Counted from the first letter of the stretch, positions 28,510 to 38,663 are shown. The stretch: DNA of 64,000 nt from an uncultured bacterium (GCA_943787795.1 CALSNU010000007.1:113046-177045), one strand, 5' to 3'. Notes: generated from the letters alone by a model not told the origin. Translations and numbers: made by a program.

Positions 28510-30297
28510 ATGTTCCGCTCGAAGTTCTTCTGGAGGCTGTTCAGCTCCTACACGCTCCTCATCTTCCTCACGGTCGGAGCGGTCGGGGTCCTCGTCCACG
28601 ACAAGTACAGTCGTAGCCTCCAGGAGCAGGTGGCGACGGACCTTCGCAACGTGGCGATCGCGCTCGGCGAGCTCTCCAAGGACGACTTCGGCGGAGTGGA
28701 CCGCCGCTATCTCCAGCGTCGTGTGGCCGAGGTCAGCCTGCGGACCGGTCGGCGTATCACGATGATCCGTCGCGATGGCCAGGTGCTCGCAGACTCCGAG
28801 GAGGAGCCCGATGAGATGGAGAACCACCTCGTCGGCCGGCGTGAGATCCTGGACGCCATCACCCTGGGCGAGGGCCTCGCCGTCCGCAAGAGCGCGACCA
28901 CGGGCGTCGAGACCCTCTACGTGGCGGTGTGCCGGGACCACGACCGAGACCTCGGTGGGCTCGTTCGGGTCGCCGCCCTCACCGAGTCTCTTGAGGAGAG
29001 GAAGCGCGAGGTGGCGCGGCTCCTGTTCCTCGGCGCCTTGATCGCGAGTCTGCCGGCCCTCCTCGTGGGTGCGCTGCTGGTCCGCCGCGTCTCGACCCCA
29101 TTGGTCCAGATGCGTGCGGTGGCCGTCGCCATGGGAGAGGGAGACTATGAGGCCGCGGCGAGGCTCCCGCGGGGTGCCCGCGACGGGGATGAGGTTGGCG
29201 ACCTCGCCCGGTCCTTCCAGCAGCTAGGGCATGACATCAATCAGCAGGTCGCCGACCTGACCGCGGAGCAGGAGAGGCTCAGGGCCATGGTGGCGGGCAT
29301 GACCGAGGGGGTCGTCGCGCTCGACGTCGACGATCAGGTGACCTTCTCCAATCACGCGGCGCGGAGCCTCCTGGGAATCCGCGAGGATGAGCGCGACCCG
29401 ACCGCGTGGCGTGAGGGGACACTCGCGGGCCTGGACGAGCTGGTGCACCGCGCCCGTACGACGGAGATCCCGGCGCGTCAGGAGCTGGAGCTGAGTCAGA
29501 CGGATGACACGGCGATCGTCAACGCCGAAGCGCGGAGCTTCCAGGACGGTGACGCCGTGGGCGTGGTCGTCGTCCTGAACGATGTCTCCGAGGTGCGTCG
29601 GCTGGAGCGCATTCGCCGCGACTTCGTGGCCAACGTCAGCCATGAGCTCAAGACGCCCCTCACCAACATCCGTGGATACGTTGAGATGCTGCTGGACGGG
29701 GCGGCGGCGGATGAGGAGCGTGTCCAGCGGTTCCTCGCGATCGTCCAGAAGAACGTGCTCCGGCTCAACCACCTCGTCATGGACCTGCTGAGCCTGGCGC
29801 GAATCGAAGAGAACGTGAGCCGTCCCGTCCTCTCGCCGCTCGATCTCCGGGCCTTCGTGGAGGAGGGCGTGCGCCGGCATGACCCGACTTCGATCGGACG
29901 GAATCAGAGCGTGAGCTTGGAGAGCATCGACGGCGAGGTCTGGGCGATGGCCGACCGGGAAGCGCTCCGGCAGATCTTCGACAACCTCCTCGATAATGCG
30001 CTGAAGTACACGCCGACCGGCGGCCGGGTGGTGGTCAGCGTGCGGATGGAAGAGGGGAAGGCGGTGCTGGCGGTCACGGACAACGGCCTGGGAATTCCAG
30101 AAGAGGATCAGGCGCGGATCTTCGAGCGGTTCTACCGCGTGGACAAGGCGCGCTCGCTCGAGGTGGGGGGGACAGGTCTGGGACTCTCCATCGTGAAGCA
30201 CCTGGTCCAGTGGCTCGACGGCACCATCGAGCTGGACAGCACGCCTGGCTCGGGGAGCACCTTCCGCGTGTACCTGAACCTGGCCGCCGTCGACTAG
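28510..30297 (+). CDS. phoR: PhoR-type sensor histidine kinase (TM-sensor-HAMP-PAS-HisKA-HATPase)
   Basis: RRDFVANVSHELKTPLT, NLLDNALKY, DNGLGI, IFERFYRVDKARS, GGTGLGLSIVKH. Confidence 0.85.
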   Translation: MFRSKFFWRLFSSYTLLIFLTVGAVGVLVHDKYSRSLQEQVATDLRNVAIALGELSKDDFGGVDRRYLQRRVAEVSLRTGRRITMIRRDGQVLADSEEEPDEMENHLVGRREILDAITLGEGLAVRKSATTGVETLYVAVCRDHDRDLGGLVRVAALTESLEERKREVARLLFLGALIASLPALLVGALLVRRVSTPLVQMRAVAVAMGEGDYEAAARLPRGARDGDEVGDLARSFQQLGHDINQQVADLTAEQERLRAMVAGMTEGVVALDVDDQVTFSNHAARSLLGIREDERDPTAWREGTLAGLDELVHRARTTEIPARQELELSQTDDTAIVNAEARSFQDGDAVGVVVVLNDVSEVRRLERIRRDFVANVSHELKTPLTNIRGYVEMLLDGAAADEERVQRFLAIVQKNVLRLNHLVMDLLSLARIEENVSRPVLSPLDLRAFVEEGVRRHDPTSIGRNQSVSLESIDGEVWAMADREALRQIFDNLLDNALKYTPTGGRVVVSVRMEEGKAVLAVTDNGLGIPEEDQARIFERFYRVDKARSLEVGGTGLGLSIVKHLVQWLDGTIELDSTPGSGSTFRVYLNLAAVD

Positions 30298-31538
30298 ATC
30301 TGGATCTGGAGACGGCCCAGGACCGCCCAGCCCTCATCGCGCGGACCGTCTGCGGGCTCTGCGCTGATCCCGACCCAGTGCAGCATCAGCCGCGTTGTCG
30401 GGCTGACGTAGAAGTTCAGCCCGGTCTCCAGGTCGAGAACCTGGCCCGCCTGAATCGCCCCCCCGGTCAGGTCGGTGTAGCTGATGCGAGCAACGGCCTC
30501 CAGGGCCTGCAGGCCCCCGCCGCCCCGACGCATCGCGCCCTCGATCTTCGGGGGCCCCAGCGCCCCGCGACCGCGTGACCAGCTGGTCTCGCCAGCGCCC
30601 AGGAAGCGTGAGAGCGAGAGGTAGCCGCCCGACAGGAATGACTCGCCGGGGACCCCGTTGGCGCCGTTGACCCAGACGCCGAAGGCCTCGGACTGCGCGG
30701 TCCACGGTCCCTGCCGGTAGAGCGCCTCGAGGCCGCTGGAGACGGCACGGTCAGCGTCGATGGAGCCGGTGTCGGCAATCCGCTCAAGGAGCCTCGAGCC
30801 GGTCGTCCCACGGAAGATGAGCAGGTCGCCCCCCGGGTCTCGCAGGGAGATGGAGGCTCCCGCCTGGGTCAGCCCCTGCCCGTCGCCTTGCCAGACAGCG
30901 CGAGCGGTGAGCGCGCGTTCATCGAGGGTCTCATCCGGAAATGGACGACCGTCGGTACGCCGGAAGGCGCCTGCCTGGAAGAGGCCGTGGGCGGATCGAA
31001 GGGTGGCCTGGCCGCCGCGGGATCGGCCGGGCGTGAAGGTGTTGGTGGCGGTGGAGCGCTCGATGAACGGCAAGTAGCTGACGCTGGTCATCGCCTCGAG
31101 CCCAAACGGTTCGCGGAACTCACCCGCCCGGAGGTCGCTCGCGATCACCGCGCCCCCCGAGAAAAGGCCGTCGTAGCGCGCGTAGAGGTCGAGCCAGCGC
31201 ACCTCCAGGTCCTTGAAGTCCACCTGGGCGCGGAGCCGGAACGGCCTCAGGGCGGAGCCCTCTGCACCTCGGATGTCCAGGAGGGCTCGCGCCCGACGGA
31301 ACTCGGTCGAGCCCTCGGCGGTGGCTCCTGACGCTCCGCCGAGGTCACCGAATCGGGGCTCCACGAGGTCAGCGTGCAGGCGGAGGCGGAGGCGGGCCTC
31401 GAGGTCCCATCCGGTCGCGGTCAGCCCGTCTCCCAGGGCGTAGCCCGGTCCCTCCTCACCCCCGTTCGAGTCTTGAGCCAGGGCCATCGCTGACGATAGC
31501 GCGCCGAGGCACGCGAAGGCTCGGAGGAGGCGCCGCAC
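30294..31538 (-). CDS. Phosphate-selective porin (OprO/OprP family)
   Basis: EFRRARA, GEFREPFGLEAMTS..LPFIERS, ARISYTDL, GLNFY, terminal RLQIQI. GTG start 6 nt after TACCCT. Confidence 0.88.
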   Translation of the reverse strand: MRRLLRAFACLGALSSAMALAQDSNGGEEGPGYALGDGLTATGWDLEARLRLRLHADLVEPRFGDLGGASGATAEGSTEFRRARALLDIRGAEGSALRPFRLRAQVDFKDLEVRWLDLYARYDGLFSGGAVIASDLRAGEFREPFGLEAMTSVSYLPFIERSTATNTFTPGRSRGGQATLRSAHGLFQAGAFRRTDGRPFPDETLDERALTARAVWQGDGQGLTQAGASISLRDPGGDLLIFRGTTGSRLLERIADTGSIDADRAVSSGLEALYRQGPWTAQSEAFGVWVNGANGVPGESFLSGGYLSLSRFLGAGETSWSRGRGALGPPKIEGAMRRGGGGLQALEAVARISYTDLTGGAIQAGQVLDLETGLNFYVSPTTRLMLHWVGISAEPADGPRDEGWAVLGRLQIQI

Positions 31539-31570
31539 CCGCCGAGGGTAGCAGGCCAGAGCGGAAGGCC

Positions 31571-33385
31571 TCACCCGGAGAGATGCCCGAGGTCGGAGTC
31601 TCCCATCTCGATACCGCCGCCCGGGAAGTACTCCTTCCAGCGGCGGTCCACGGTCGCCGCGGTCTCGGGGTCACAGAACAACTCGGCCGGATAGTCGGGC
31701 TTCATCCGTGCGTCGATGACGATCGGCGGCGTGAAGGATGGGTGGTGGTGCACCAGCTCGACCTCTCTCGCGAAGAGGTCCCGCGCGGGGTCAAAGCGCG
31801 TGAACGTCGTCCAGAGGAAGTTCATCGCGCTGCGGCTCGCCGCCTCCGCGTCGTCCACCACGACCACCAGGGGCCAGCCCTCGAAGGCAGGGTCGCGCGC
31901 GATGGAGGCCGCAGCGTCCGGAGCGTCCGCATGGGCGGGGGCCTCGACGCAGAGCGCGCCGTCCGTGAACACCTCCACGCGCCCCGCCGGGCGCGCGGGG
32001 GTCCCCGTGAACGTGTCGGGGAGCTTGCGCCGAGGCTCGCCGAGGCCGAGCAGGACTCCCTTGCTGCCCTCGTTGATCTTGGGCCCCGCGTAGTCCAGCG
32101 AGTCCATGGAGACGTTCGAAAGCACGAAGAGGTCCGTGCGGAAGTCGGCGCGCTCCAGGACGTGCCGGAGCGTTGTGGCGAAGTCCTTCAACTCCACGGG
32201 CCGATCCGTGGCGAGCAGGAACTTCGTCAGGGAGAGTTGGCCCTCGCCCAGGATCCTGAAGGCAGAGACCATGGCCTCACGTCGATATCGCTCCCGGACC
32301 ACCGCTGCGGCGAGCGCGTGGTAGCCGGTCTCCCCGTAGCTCCACAGGTCCAGGACGCCGGGCATCGCGACCTTGGCGAGGGGCTTGAGGAGCTCCTGCA
32401 GGTAGTCGCCGATGAAGAAGTCCTCCTGGCGAGGCTTTCCGACCACCGTGGCGGGCCAGACCGCGTCCCGCCGGCGATAGAGCGTGTCGCACTGGAACCA
32501 GGGGTAGTCGTGCGTCTCCGAGTAGTACCCGTAGTGATCACCGAAGGGCCCCTCGGGGCGGCGAGCGCCGGGCGCGATCTTGCCAGCGAGGACGAACTCG
32601 GAGCGCGCGACCAGCGGCAGGCCTCCGCTGTCGATCGCCCGGCACAGCTCCAGTCGCCGCCCGAGGACGAGGCTGGCGAGCAGGACCTCGGGGACGTTCT
32701 CGGGCAGCGGTGCGATCGCCGCAAGGACCAGCGCCGGCGGGCCGCCCACGTGCACGTGGACGGGCAGCGGTTGTCCGATCCGCTCGGCCTCCGCGAGGTG
32801 GAAGCCGCCGCCCTTGCCGATCTGGGCGTGCATGCCGACGCCGCCGTCCTCGAACAGCTGCGCCCGGTACATACCGAGGTTGAGCCCGCCATTCTCGGGG
32901 TGCCCGGTCAGGACGAGGGGCAGCGTCACGAAGGGGCCGCCGTCCCGCGACCAGGTGGTGAGCGCGGGGAGCGTGGAGAGGTCTGGGGACCGATCGACGA
33001 TCTCGGTGACCGGGCCGCGGCGGCCCCGCTTCAGCCCGACCCGGGCCAGCGAGGCGAACAGGGACCGTTGGGCCCACAGCTTCTTCGGCGTGGGCGGGAG
33101 GGCCTCTTCGGGTAGAGCGGCGATGCGTTCGACCACGGCCTCCGGACGATCCCCGAAGGCGAGCTGGACGCGGCGGGCCGTCCCGAAGAGATTGGTCACC
33201 GCCGGGAACGAGGCGCCGCGGGGGCGCTTGAAGAGGACGGCCGGGCCCCCAGCTGCGATGACCCGCCGGTGGATCTCGGCCATCTCGAGCTTCGGGTCGA
33301 CCTCTGTCTCGACCTCCACGAGCTCACCCTCCGCCCGCAAACGGTCCAGGAAGGCGGGTAGATCGACGGGTGCAGAGTGAGGCAT
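31571..33385 (-). CDS. UbiD-family (prFMN) decarboxylase, menaquinone-pathway type
   Basis: EMAEIHRR, TNLFGT, DGGPFVT, NLGMYR, EGPFGDHYGYY, VGKPRQED, DARMKP. Confidence 0.93.
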   Translation of the reverse strand: MPHSAPVDLPAFLDRLRAEGELVEVETEVDPKLEMAEIHRRVIAAGGPAVLFKRPRGASFPAVTNLFGTARRVQLAFGDRPEAVVERIAALPEEALPPTPKKLWAQRSLFASLARVGLKRGRRGPVTEIVDRSPDLSTLPALTTWSRDGGPFVTLPLVLTGHPENGGLNLGMYRAQLFEDGGVGMHAQIGKGGGFHLAEAERIGQPLPVHVHVGGPPALVLAAIAPLPENVPEVLLASLVLGRRLELCRAIDSGGLPLVARSEFVLAGKIAPGARRPEGPFGDHYGYYSETHDYPWFQCDTLYRRRDAVWPATVVGKPRQEDFFIGDYLQELLKPLAKVAMPGVLDLWSYGETGYHALAAAVVRERYRREAMVSAFRILGEGQLSLTKFLLATDRPVELKDFATTLRHVLERADFRTDLFVLSNVSMDSLDYAGPKINEGSKGVLLGLGEPRRKLPDTFTGTPARPAGRVEVFTDGALCVEAPAHADAPDAAASIARDPAFEGWPLVVVVDDAEAASRSAMNFLWTTFTRFDPARDLFAREVELVHHHPSFTPPIVIDARMKPDYPAELFCDPETAATVDRRWKEYFPGGGIEMGDSDLGHLSG

Positions 33386-33517
33386 GGGCGTGAGAGGCAG
33401 GTTCAAGGGGAGTCTAGTCCCATGACGGTCCTCACCGGAACCCGGGGGGGAGCGTAGTGTTGGATAGACTGATACGCGCCGCGCCGGCGCGGGTCTCCAG
33501 ATGCGACGCTTCGTCCG

Positions 33518-35269
33518 ATGATCCAACTTCAACCGTCCGCTGCAGTGCTCCGAACTCTGCTCGCCACTCTGTGCTTCATGGGGGCCTCCCTTGAGGGTCT
33601 TGCGGCATCGGGAGCCTCCTCAGCTGAGCCCTTCGTCGGCAGCGAGGGGTCCGAGGGCTCGGGGTCGACGGCGGACGTCGGCTTCGACGACATCCCCTGG
33701 GACCGCCGCGCCGTGGAGCACGTCTGGAACCGAGCGGGATTCGGCATCCGCGCGGAGCAGGTCGATGAATGGGTCGAGGCCGGCCCCCGCGCACTGGTGG
33801 AGCACCTGGTCCGGCCGCGCCCTACCGTCGGTGAGGGCGCGTGGGTGCCCCACGAGTACGAGCGGCTCCCGTACAGCGCTGAAGCGTTCAACCGGGCATC
33901 GGACGGGGAGAAGCGGGAGCTCCGCAAGCGCCGCAACCGCTGGTACCGAGATCAGTTCGCCGCCCTGCGTGAGGGCTGGGTCGAGAGCATGCTCGCCGGA
34001 GACGATCCGCTCCGCGACCGGATGACCCTGATGTGGCACGGCGTGTTCACCTCGTCCCTCGAGACGGTGAAGCGGCCCGCGCTGATGATCGAGCAGCACA
34101 ACACGATCCGAGCGCAGGCGCTGGGGAGCTACTCCGAGCTGTTGCACGCGATGCTGGAGGACCCCGCGCTCCTCGTCTATCTGGACAACGACGACAACCG
34201 GAAGGGTCGTCCCAACGAGAACCTCGCTCGAGAGGTCATGGAGCTCTTCTCTCTGGGCGAGGGCAACTATGGCGAGGTGGACATCCGCGAGGCCGCCCGC
34301 AGCCTCACTGGCGCTGGCGTGGCGCCGGCGCTGGACGTCGCCACCTACCGGTTCAATCCCAAGCGGCACGATGACGAGCCCAAGGTCATCCTCGGAGTCA
34401 GAGGGAACCACGGCCCCGCAGACCTGGCAGACATTCTCCTGGGCCAGCCGGCCTGCGCGACGTACGTCGCGCGCACCGTGATCGAGTACCTCGAGGGCGT
34501 CCCGGCCACGGATGAGCGGGTCGAGGAGTACGCGGCGCGGCTGCGGGAGACGGGCTACGACGTGGGCTATCTCGTCGAGCGCCTGCTCCTCGACCCGCGC
34601 TTCTATCGGGATGAGGTGATCGGCGCACGGGTGGCGAGTCCGGTCGACTTCCTGGTCGGAAGCGCCATCCGCCTCGAAGCGGAGCTCCCCCCCGCCTTCA
34701 TCGTCGAGGCGGCGGCGGACCTGGGTCAGGACCTGTTTCAGCCGCCCAACGTGAAGGGTTGGGACGAGGGCCTCGCGTGGATCACCACCTCGACCTTCAT
34801 GATGCGCGGCAACATCGCCGGTGCGATCGTGGGCGCGGTGGACATCGAGACGCTGCGGGCGGATGCCTCGGACATGATGGACATGTCGGGGGCCATGGAC
34901 GAGATGGGCCCGATGACCGGCAAGGAGAAGCGCAAGGCCGAGGGGCAGCAGGTCAAGCGCTACGAGGTGGCTGGGCTGGCGAACATCTTGCGCCGGGCGA
35001 AGTACGAGCCCAGTTCCATGGAGGCTCGGGTGGTGCGCGACGCGAACGCCAGCAGCGACCGCGAGGTCGTCGCGCTGCTGACGGGCCGGCTACTCGCCAT
35101 CGAGCCGCCGGTGGAGACGCTCCAGATGCTCGAGCTCCAGCTGGGTCAGATCCGGGAGAAGTACGAGGTGGAGGAGGCAGACATGCCCCGCTTCCGCCGC
35201 AAGAACCAGCGCGTCTTCCACGACTTCACTCACCTCGTCCTGTCCTTGCCTGAGGCGCAGCTCCATTGA
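33518..35269 (+). CDS. DUF1800 domain protein
   Basis: RAGFG, LRDRMTLMWHGVF, YLDN, PNENLAREVMELFSLG, PPNVKGW, LSLPEAQL. Confidence 0.93.
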   Translation: MIQLQPSAAVLRTLLATLCFMGASLEGLAASGASSAEPFVGSEGSEGSGSTADVGFDDIPWDRRAVEHVWNRAGFGIRAEQVDEWVEAGPRALVEHLVRPRPTVGEGAWVPHEYERLPYSAEAFNRASDGEKRELRKRRNRWYRDQFAALREGWVESMLAGDDPLRDRMTLMWHGVFTSSLETVKRPALMIEQHNTIRAQALGSYSELLHAMLEDPALLVYLDNDDNRKGRPNENLAREVMELFSLGEGNYGEVDIREAARSLTGAGVAPALDVATYRFNPKRHDDEPKVILGVRGNHGPADLADILLGQPACATYVARTVIEYLEGVPATDERVEEYAARLRETGYDVGYLVERLLLDPRFYRDEVIGARVASPVDFLVGSAIRLEAELPPAFIVEAAADLGQDLFQPPNVKGWDEGLAWITTSTFMMRGNIAGAIVGAVDIETLRADASDMMDMSGAMDEMGPMTGKEKRKAEGQQVKRYEVAGLANILRRAKYEPSSMEARVVRDANASSDREVVALLTGRLLAIEPPVETLQMLELQLGQIREKYEVEEADMPRFRRKNQRVFHDFTHLVLSLPEAQLH

Positions 35270-35298
35270 CATCGTCCGGTCGCCCAGAGGGCCACGCC

Positions 35299-36537
35299 AT
35301 GAACTTGCCCAAGCCTGACCGTCGCGCCTTCCTTCGAGCCGCCGCTGCATCTGCGGCGGGCTTCAGCCTGTTGCCTGAGGTCCTCGCCGGAGGGGTGCAG
35401 CTTCAGAGCTTGCCCGGGTCGGGTGGCAAGAACCTCGTCCTCATTCAGCTGTCTGGGGGGAACGACGGGCTCGCGACGGTGGTGCCTTACGGAGACGACC
35501 AGCTGCGCCGACACCGCCGTTCCACCGCTCACAAGACCTCGGACCTGCTGAAGATCGACGACTATCGGGGCTTCAACCCTGGGCTCGAGGCGCTCCGCCG
35601 CCGCTTTGATGAGGGGCAGATGGCCATCGTCGAGGGCTGCGGCTATCCGGAGGCGATTCGCTCTCACTTCAAGTCCTACGAGGTCTGGCACACCGCGCAC
35701 CGAGCGGGCCGGATCTCTGGCGACGGCTGGATCGGCCGCCTCGCCGCTTCGCAGTGGGCGGAGGAGCCACGACCGGATCGCGTGGTTCACTTCGGTGGCA
35801 AGGCGCCCTACTCGCTGTTCTCCCGGGAGCAGCCGCCCGTTGCTCTCGCTTCGCCCACCGGCTATCGGTGGTTCGGAGATGAGGAGGCCTACGCCCGCGG
35901 CGGCGCGGCGATCTGTGAGCATGAGATGGAGCGTGACCCCCGCCATGTGGGCCGGGACGGCGCCCTCGACCGGCTGCGGGAGACCCTCGACGACGCTCGC
36001 GAGTCCTCTGGTCGGATCCGCCGCGCGGCGGCGACCTATCGCACGGGCGTGGAGTATCCCAAGACCCGGCTGTCCGCAGAGCTGCGTGACGTCGCCGCTC
36101 TGGTGAGCGCTCGTTCGGGCACGCAGATCTTCTCCGTCACCGATAACGGATACGACACGCACTCCAAGCAGCGGCAGGCCCACGACCGCAAGATCAAGGA
36201 CCTCGGAGACGCTCTTGGTGCATTCATGGCGGACCTGGATCGCAGCGAGGTCGGCCGGGAGACAGTGGTGCTCGTCTTCAGCGAATTTGGCCGGAGGGTG
36301 GCAGAGAACGGCTCAGCGGGGCACGACCACGGCAAGGCGGGTCCGATGTTCCTGCTGGGGCACTCGGTGAAGGGAGGCCTCTATGGCGCACACCCTTCGC
36401 TCACCGAGCTGGACGCAGGCGACCTCGCCTTCACAACGGACTTTCGATCGGTCTACGCCACGCTCATTCAGGGGCTGTTTGACGCGGACCCCGTCGCCGT
36501 TCTGGGGACGGAGTATCCGCTCCTGCCGCTGATCTGA
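35299..36537 (+). CDS. DUF1501 domain protein, Tat-exported
   Basis: DRRAFLR twin-arginine motif, QLSGGNDG, RSHF, GYDTH, FSEFGRR..ENG..G.DHG, TDFRSVY. Confidence 0.93.
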   Translation: MNLPKPDRRAFLRAAAASAAGFSLLPEVLAGGVQLQSLPGSGGKNLVLIQLSGGNDGLATVVPYGDDQLRRHRRSTAHKTSDLLKIDDYRGFNPGLEALRRRFDEGQMAIVEGCGYPEAIRSHFKSYEVWHTAHRAGRISGDGWIGRLAASQWAEEPRPDRVVHFGGKAPYSLFSREQPPVALASPTGYRWFGDEEAYARGGAAICEHEMERDPRHVGRDGALDRLRETLDDARESSGRIRRAAATYRTGVEYPKTRLSAELRDVAALVSARSGTQIFSVTDNGYDTHSKQRQAHDRKIKDLGDALGAFMADLDRSEVGRETVVLVFSEFGRRVAENGSAGHDHGKAGPMFLLGHSVKGGLYGAHPSLTELDAGDLAFTTDFRSVYATLIQGLFDADPVAVLGTEYPLLPLI

Positions 36538-36568
36538 CCCCGCGCGCCTTCGTAAGCCTGTGCTCTCC

Positions 36569-36646
36569 GCTGCGAGGACCTCAGCTTCGGGTTGCGAGGA
36601 CCTCAGCCTCGGGCTGCAAAGACCTCAGCCTCAGGCCGCAAGGACC
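36569..36646. repeat. Tandem 22-bp repeat, about 3.5 copies, overlapping the Nudix-like gene stop
   Basis: gctgcgaggacctcagcttcgg / gttgcgaggacctcagcctcgg / gctgcaaagacctcagcctcag / gccgcaaggacc. Confidence 0.9.
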
Positions 36647-37053
36647 TTGGTGTGCAGGCGCATCACGGCGGCGCGGTCGAGCTCGAAGCCGAGGCTGCGA
36701 TAGGCGTCGTCGAAGGTGGCCCAGCGGTGAGCTGCCCAGTCGGGTGAGATGCTCTCGGGGCGCACGATGTCCTCGGTCCGGACGCCGAACATCCACTCGA
36801 TCACCTCCTCGTCCCCGATACTCCAGCGGCCCGGCATCTCGAGATCCAGCAGGCGCTCCGGGGTGGAGAGCCCGATACCCTCGTGGACCTGGTGCCGGAT
36901 GGCCGTCTCGAGCTTGTCTCCGAAGCCCAGTGAGGCCTGGAGGGGACCCCACATCGCCTCCAGTCCCTGGTCGCGCTTCAACAGCAGGTAGCTCGGCTTG
37001 GTCTCGGCGAAGCGGTAGACGAAGATCTTGATGCGGTGGATGAGTTCGCTCAT
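36631..37053 (-). CDS. Nudix-fold protein (NudB-like) with degenerate Nudix box
   Basis: YLLLKR..MW..G..LETAIRHQVHEGIGL..E.MFGV..AAHRWATFDDA. Confidence 0.7.
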   Translation of the reverse strand: MSELIHRIKIFVYRFAETKPSYLLLKRDQGLEAMWGPLQASLGFGDKLETAIRHQVHEGIGLSTPERLLDLEMPGRWSIGDEEVIEWMFGVRTEDIVRPESISPDWAAHRWATFDDAYRSLGFELDRAAVMRLHTKVLAA

Positions 37054-37207
37054 CTTTTCGTGGCGTCGGGCCTCAGGGATGGGTCGGAGCACCCGAGGTG
37101 AGGCCCTGCTCTCGCAACGCCCCGAGGACACAGCGGGAGGGCGCCCGCGGACCGCACGCACCAATACGAGACGGCGTCTCCCAACGAGCCAGCGCTCGCT
37201 CACCCAC

Positions 37208-38548
37208 ATGTCGGACCCGCTCCCCCTCGAACACGTGCTCGACCAGCTCGAGGCTCGCATCAATTGGGAGCGTAAGGACCGGGCCAGCGGGTGGCGTGTG
37301 GACCTCGCTCCGATCGAGGACCTCGTGGCCCGGGCCGGTGCCCCAGGGCGCGACCTTGGCCTGTGCCACGTCGCGGGCTCGAAGGGCAAGGGGTCGGTGG
37401 CCACTCTCATCGCGGCGGGGCTGACACGTGCGGGGTTCCGGGTGGGGGTCTTCGGGTCACCGCACGTGGAGCGGATCAACGAGCGGATCCAGATCGATGG
37501 TCAACCCATCTCGGATGACGCCTTGGCGGCGGCTCTCTCAGTCGCGCTCCGGCTGGTGGCAGAGGCCGAGGAGGCCGGGACGAGCGGGGCAGAGGCGTCG
37601 TGGTTCGATCTCGTCACGCTGGCGGGGCTCTGGGCGTTCCGTGAGGCTGGCGTGGACTGGGCGGTCCTCGAGGTGGGGCTCGGCGGGCGGCTGGACTCCA
37701 CCAACGTGATCGACCCTCCGGAGGTGGCCGTGGTGACGACCATCGCGCTGGAGCACACGGCCATCTTGGGCGACACCCTGGCGGCGATCGCGCAGGAGAA
37801 GGGTGGGATCGTCAAGCCGGGGTCGAGGTTGGTCACAGGGACACCGCCGGGGGGCGAGGCTCACGCGGTGCTCGCGGGGATCGCTGAGGCCCAGGGGGTC
37901 GAGCACCGGGTCGCCTGGAGCGAGGCGGATCGGACGTTCGAGGAGGCCAACGTCACGGTGGCCCGAGCGGCCCTCGATGTCCTGGGACAAGGCCTTCAGG
38001 TTCGCAGCCTTCAGGTTCGCAGCCTTCAGGGCCACGGCGTCCCGGAAATCGGGGGCGGGCTCCTCACGCCAGAGGTCATCGCCGGCGCGCGGCTGCCAGG
38101 GCGCATGGAGTGGTTCGACTCGGGCTCGAACCGTGTGCTGCTGGACGGGGCTCACGTCCCTGGTTCCCTCAGAATGGCCTGCGACGAGGCCCTCGCCGCC
38201 TTGGACGGCCCGTGGGGAGTGGTCGTGGCCGTGCACGGAGAGAAGGACGTGGCGGAGCTACTGGAGCCGCTGTCGGGGGCGGGCTTCGGGCGCGTCTTCG
38301 CGACCACGGTGCCCGGCTCAGGGGTCCACCACCCCGCGACGGCGGTGGCGGAGGCCGCCGCCTCCTGGGGGCTCGAGGCCGAGGTTCATGACCTGCCCAG
38401 GTCGGCCCTCGCCGCGGCGCTGCGCTGGGCCGAGGCTGCGGGCGCGGAACCACCCGGCGGTGCATCGGCGGGCGTCATGGTGACCGGCTCGCTCTATCTC
38501 GTTGGAGCCCTCCGGCCTGGGCTCAGGGACCCTCGCGGCTTCCAATGA
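37208..38548 (+). CDS. folC: Folylpolyglutamate synthase / dihydrofolate synthase
   Basis: HVAGSKGKGS, SPH..INERI, EVGLGGRLDSTNV, IAQEKGGI, PGRME, LDGAH, TGSLYLVG. Confidence 0.95.
   Translation: MSDPLPLEHVLDQLEARINWERKDRASGWRVDLAPIEDLVARAGAPGRDLGLCHVAGSKGKGSVATLIAAGLTRAGFRVGVFGSPHVERINERIQIDGQPISDDALAAALSVALRLVAEAEEAGTSGAEASWFDLVTLAGLWAFREAGVDWAVLEVGLGGRLDSTNVIDPPEVAVVTTIALEHTAILGDTLAAIAQEKGGIVKPGSRLVTGTPPGGEAHAVLAGIAEAQGVEHRVAWSEADRTFEEANVTVARAALDVLGQGLQVRSLQVRSLQGHGVPEIGGGLLTPEVIAGARLPGRMEWFDSGSNRVLLDGAHVPGSLRMACDEALAALDGPWGVVVAVHGEKDVAELLEPLSGAGFGRVFATTVPGSGVHHPATAVAEAAASWGLEAEVHDLPRSALAAALRWAEAAGAEPPGGASAGVMVTGSLYLVGALRPGLRDPRGFQ
37992..38030. repeat. In-frame 15-bp tandem repeat (LQVRS x2.6) within folC
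   Basis: gccttcaggttcgca x2 + gccttcagg. Confidence 0.9.
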
Positions 38549-38663
38549 GAGCCACTGGCCGGTCCTGGAAGGGGCCTTGCCGGTCCTATAAGGGGATTGC
38601 ACGCCACTGCGTAGGCGGCTCAAGGCCGCGCGGGCCAGGGGTCGATACTCCCGGACGCACGCC

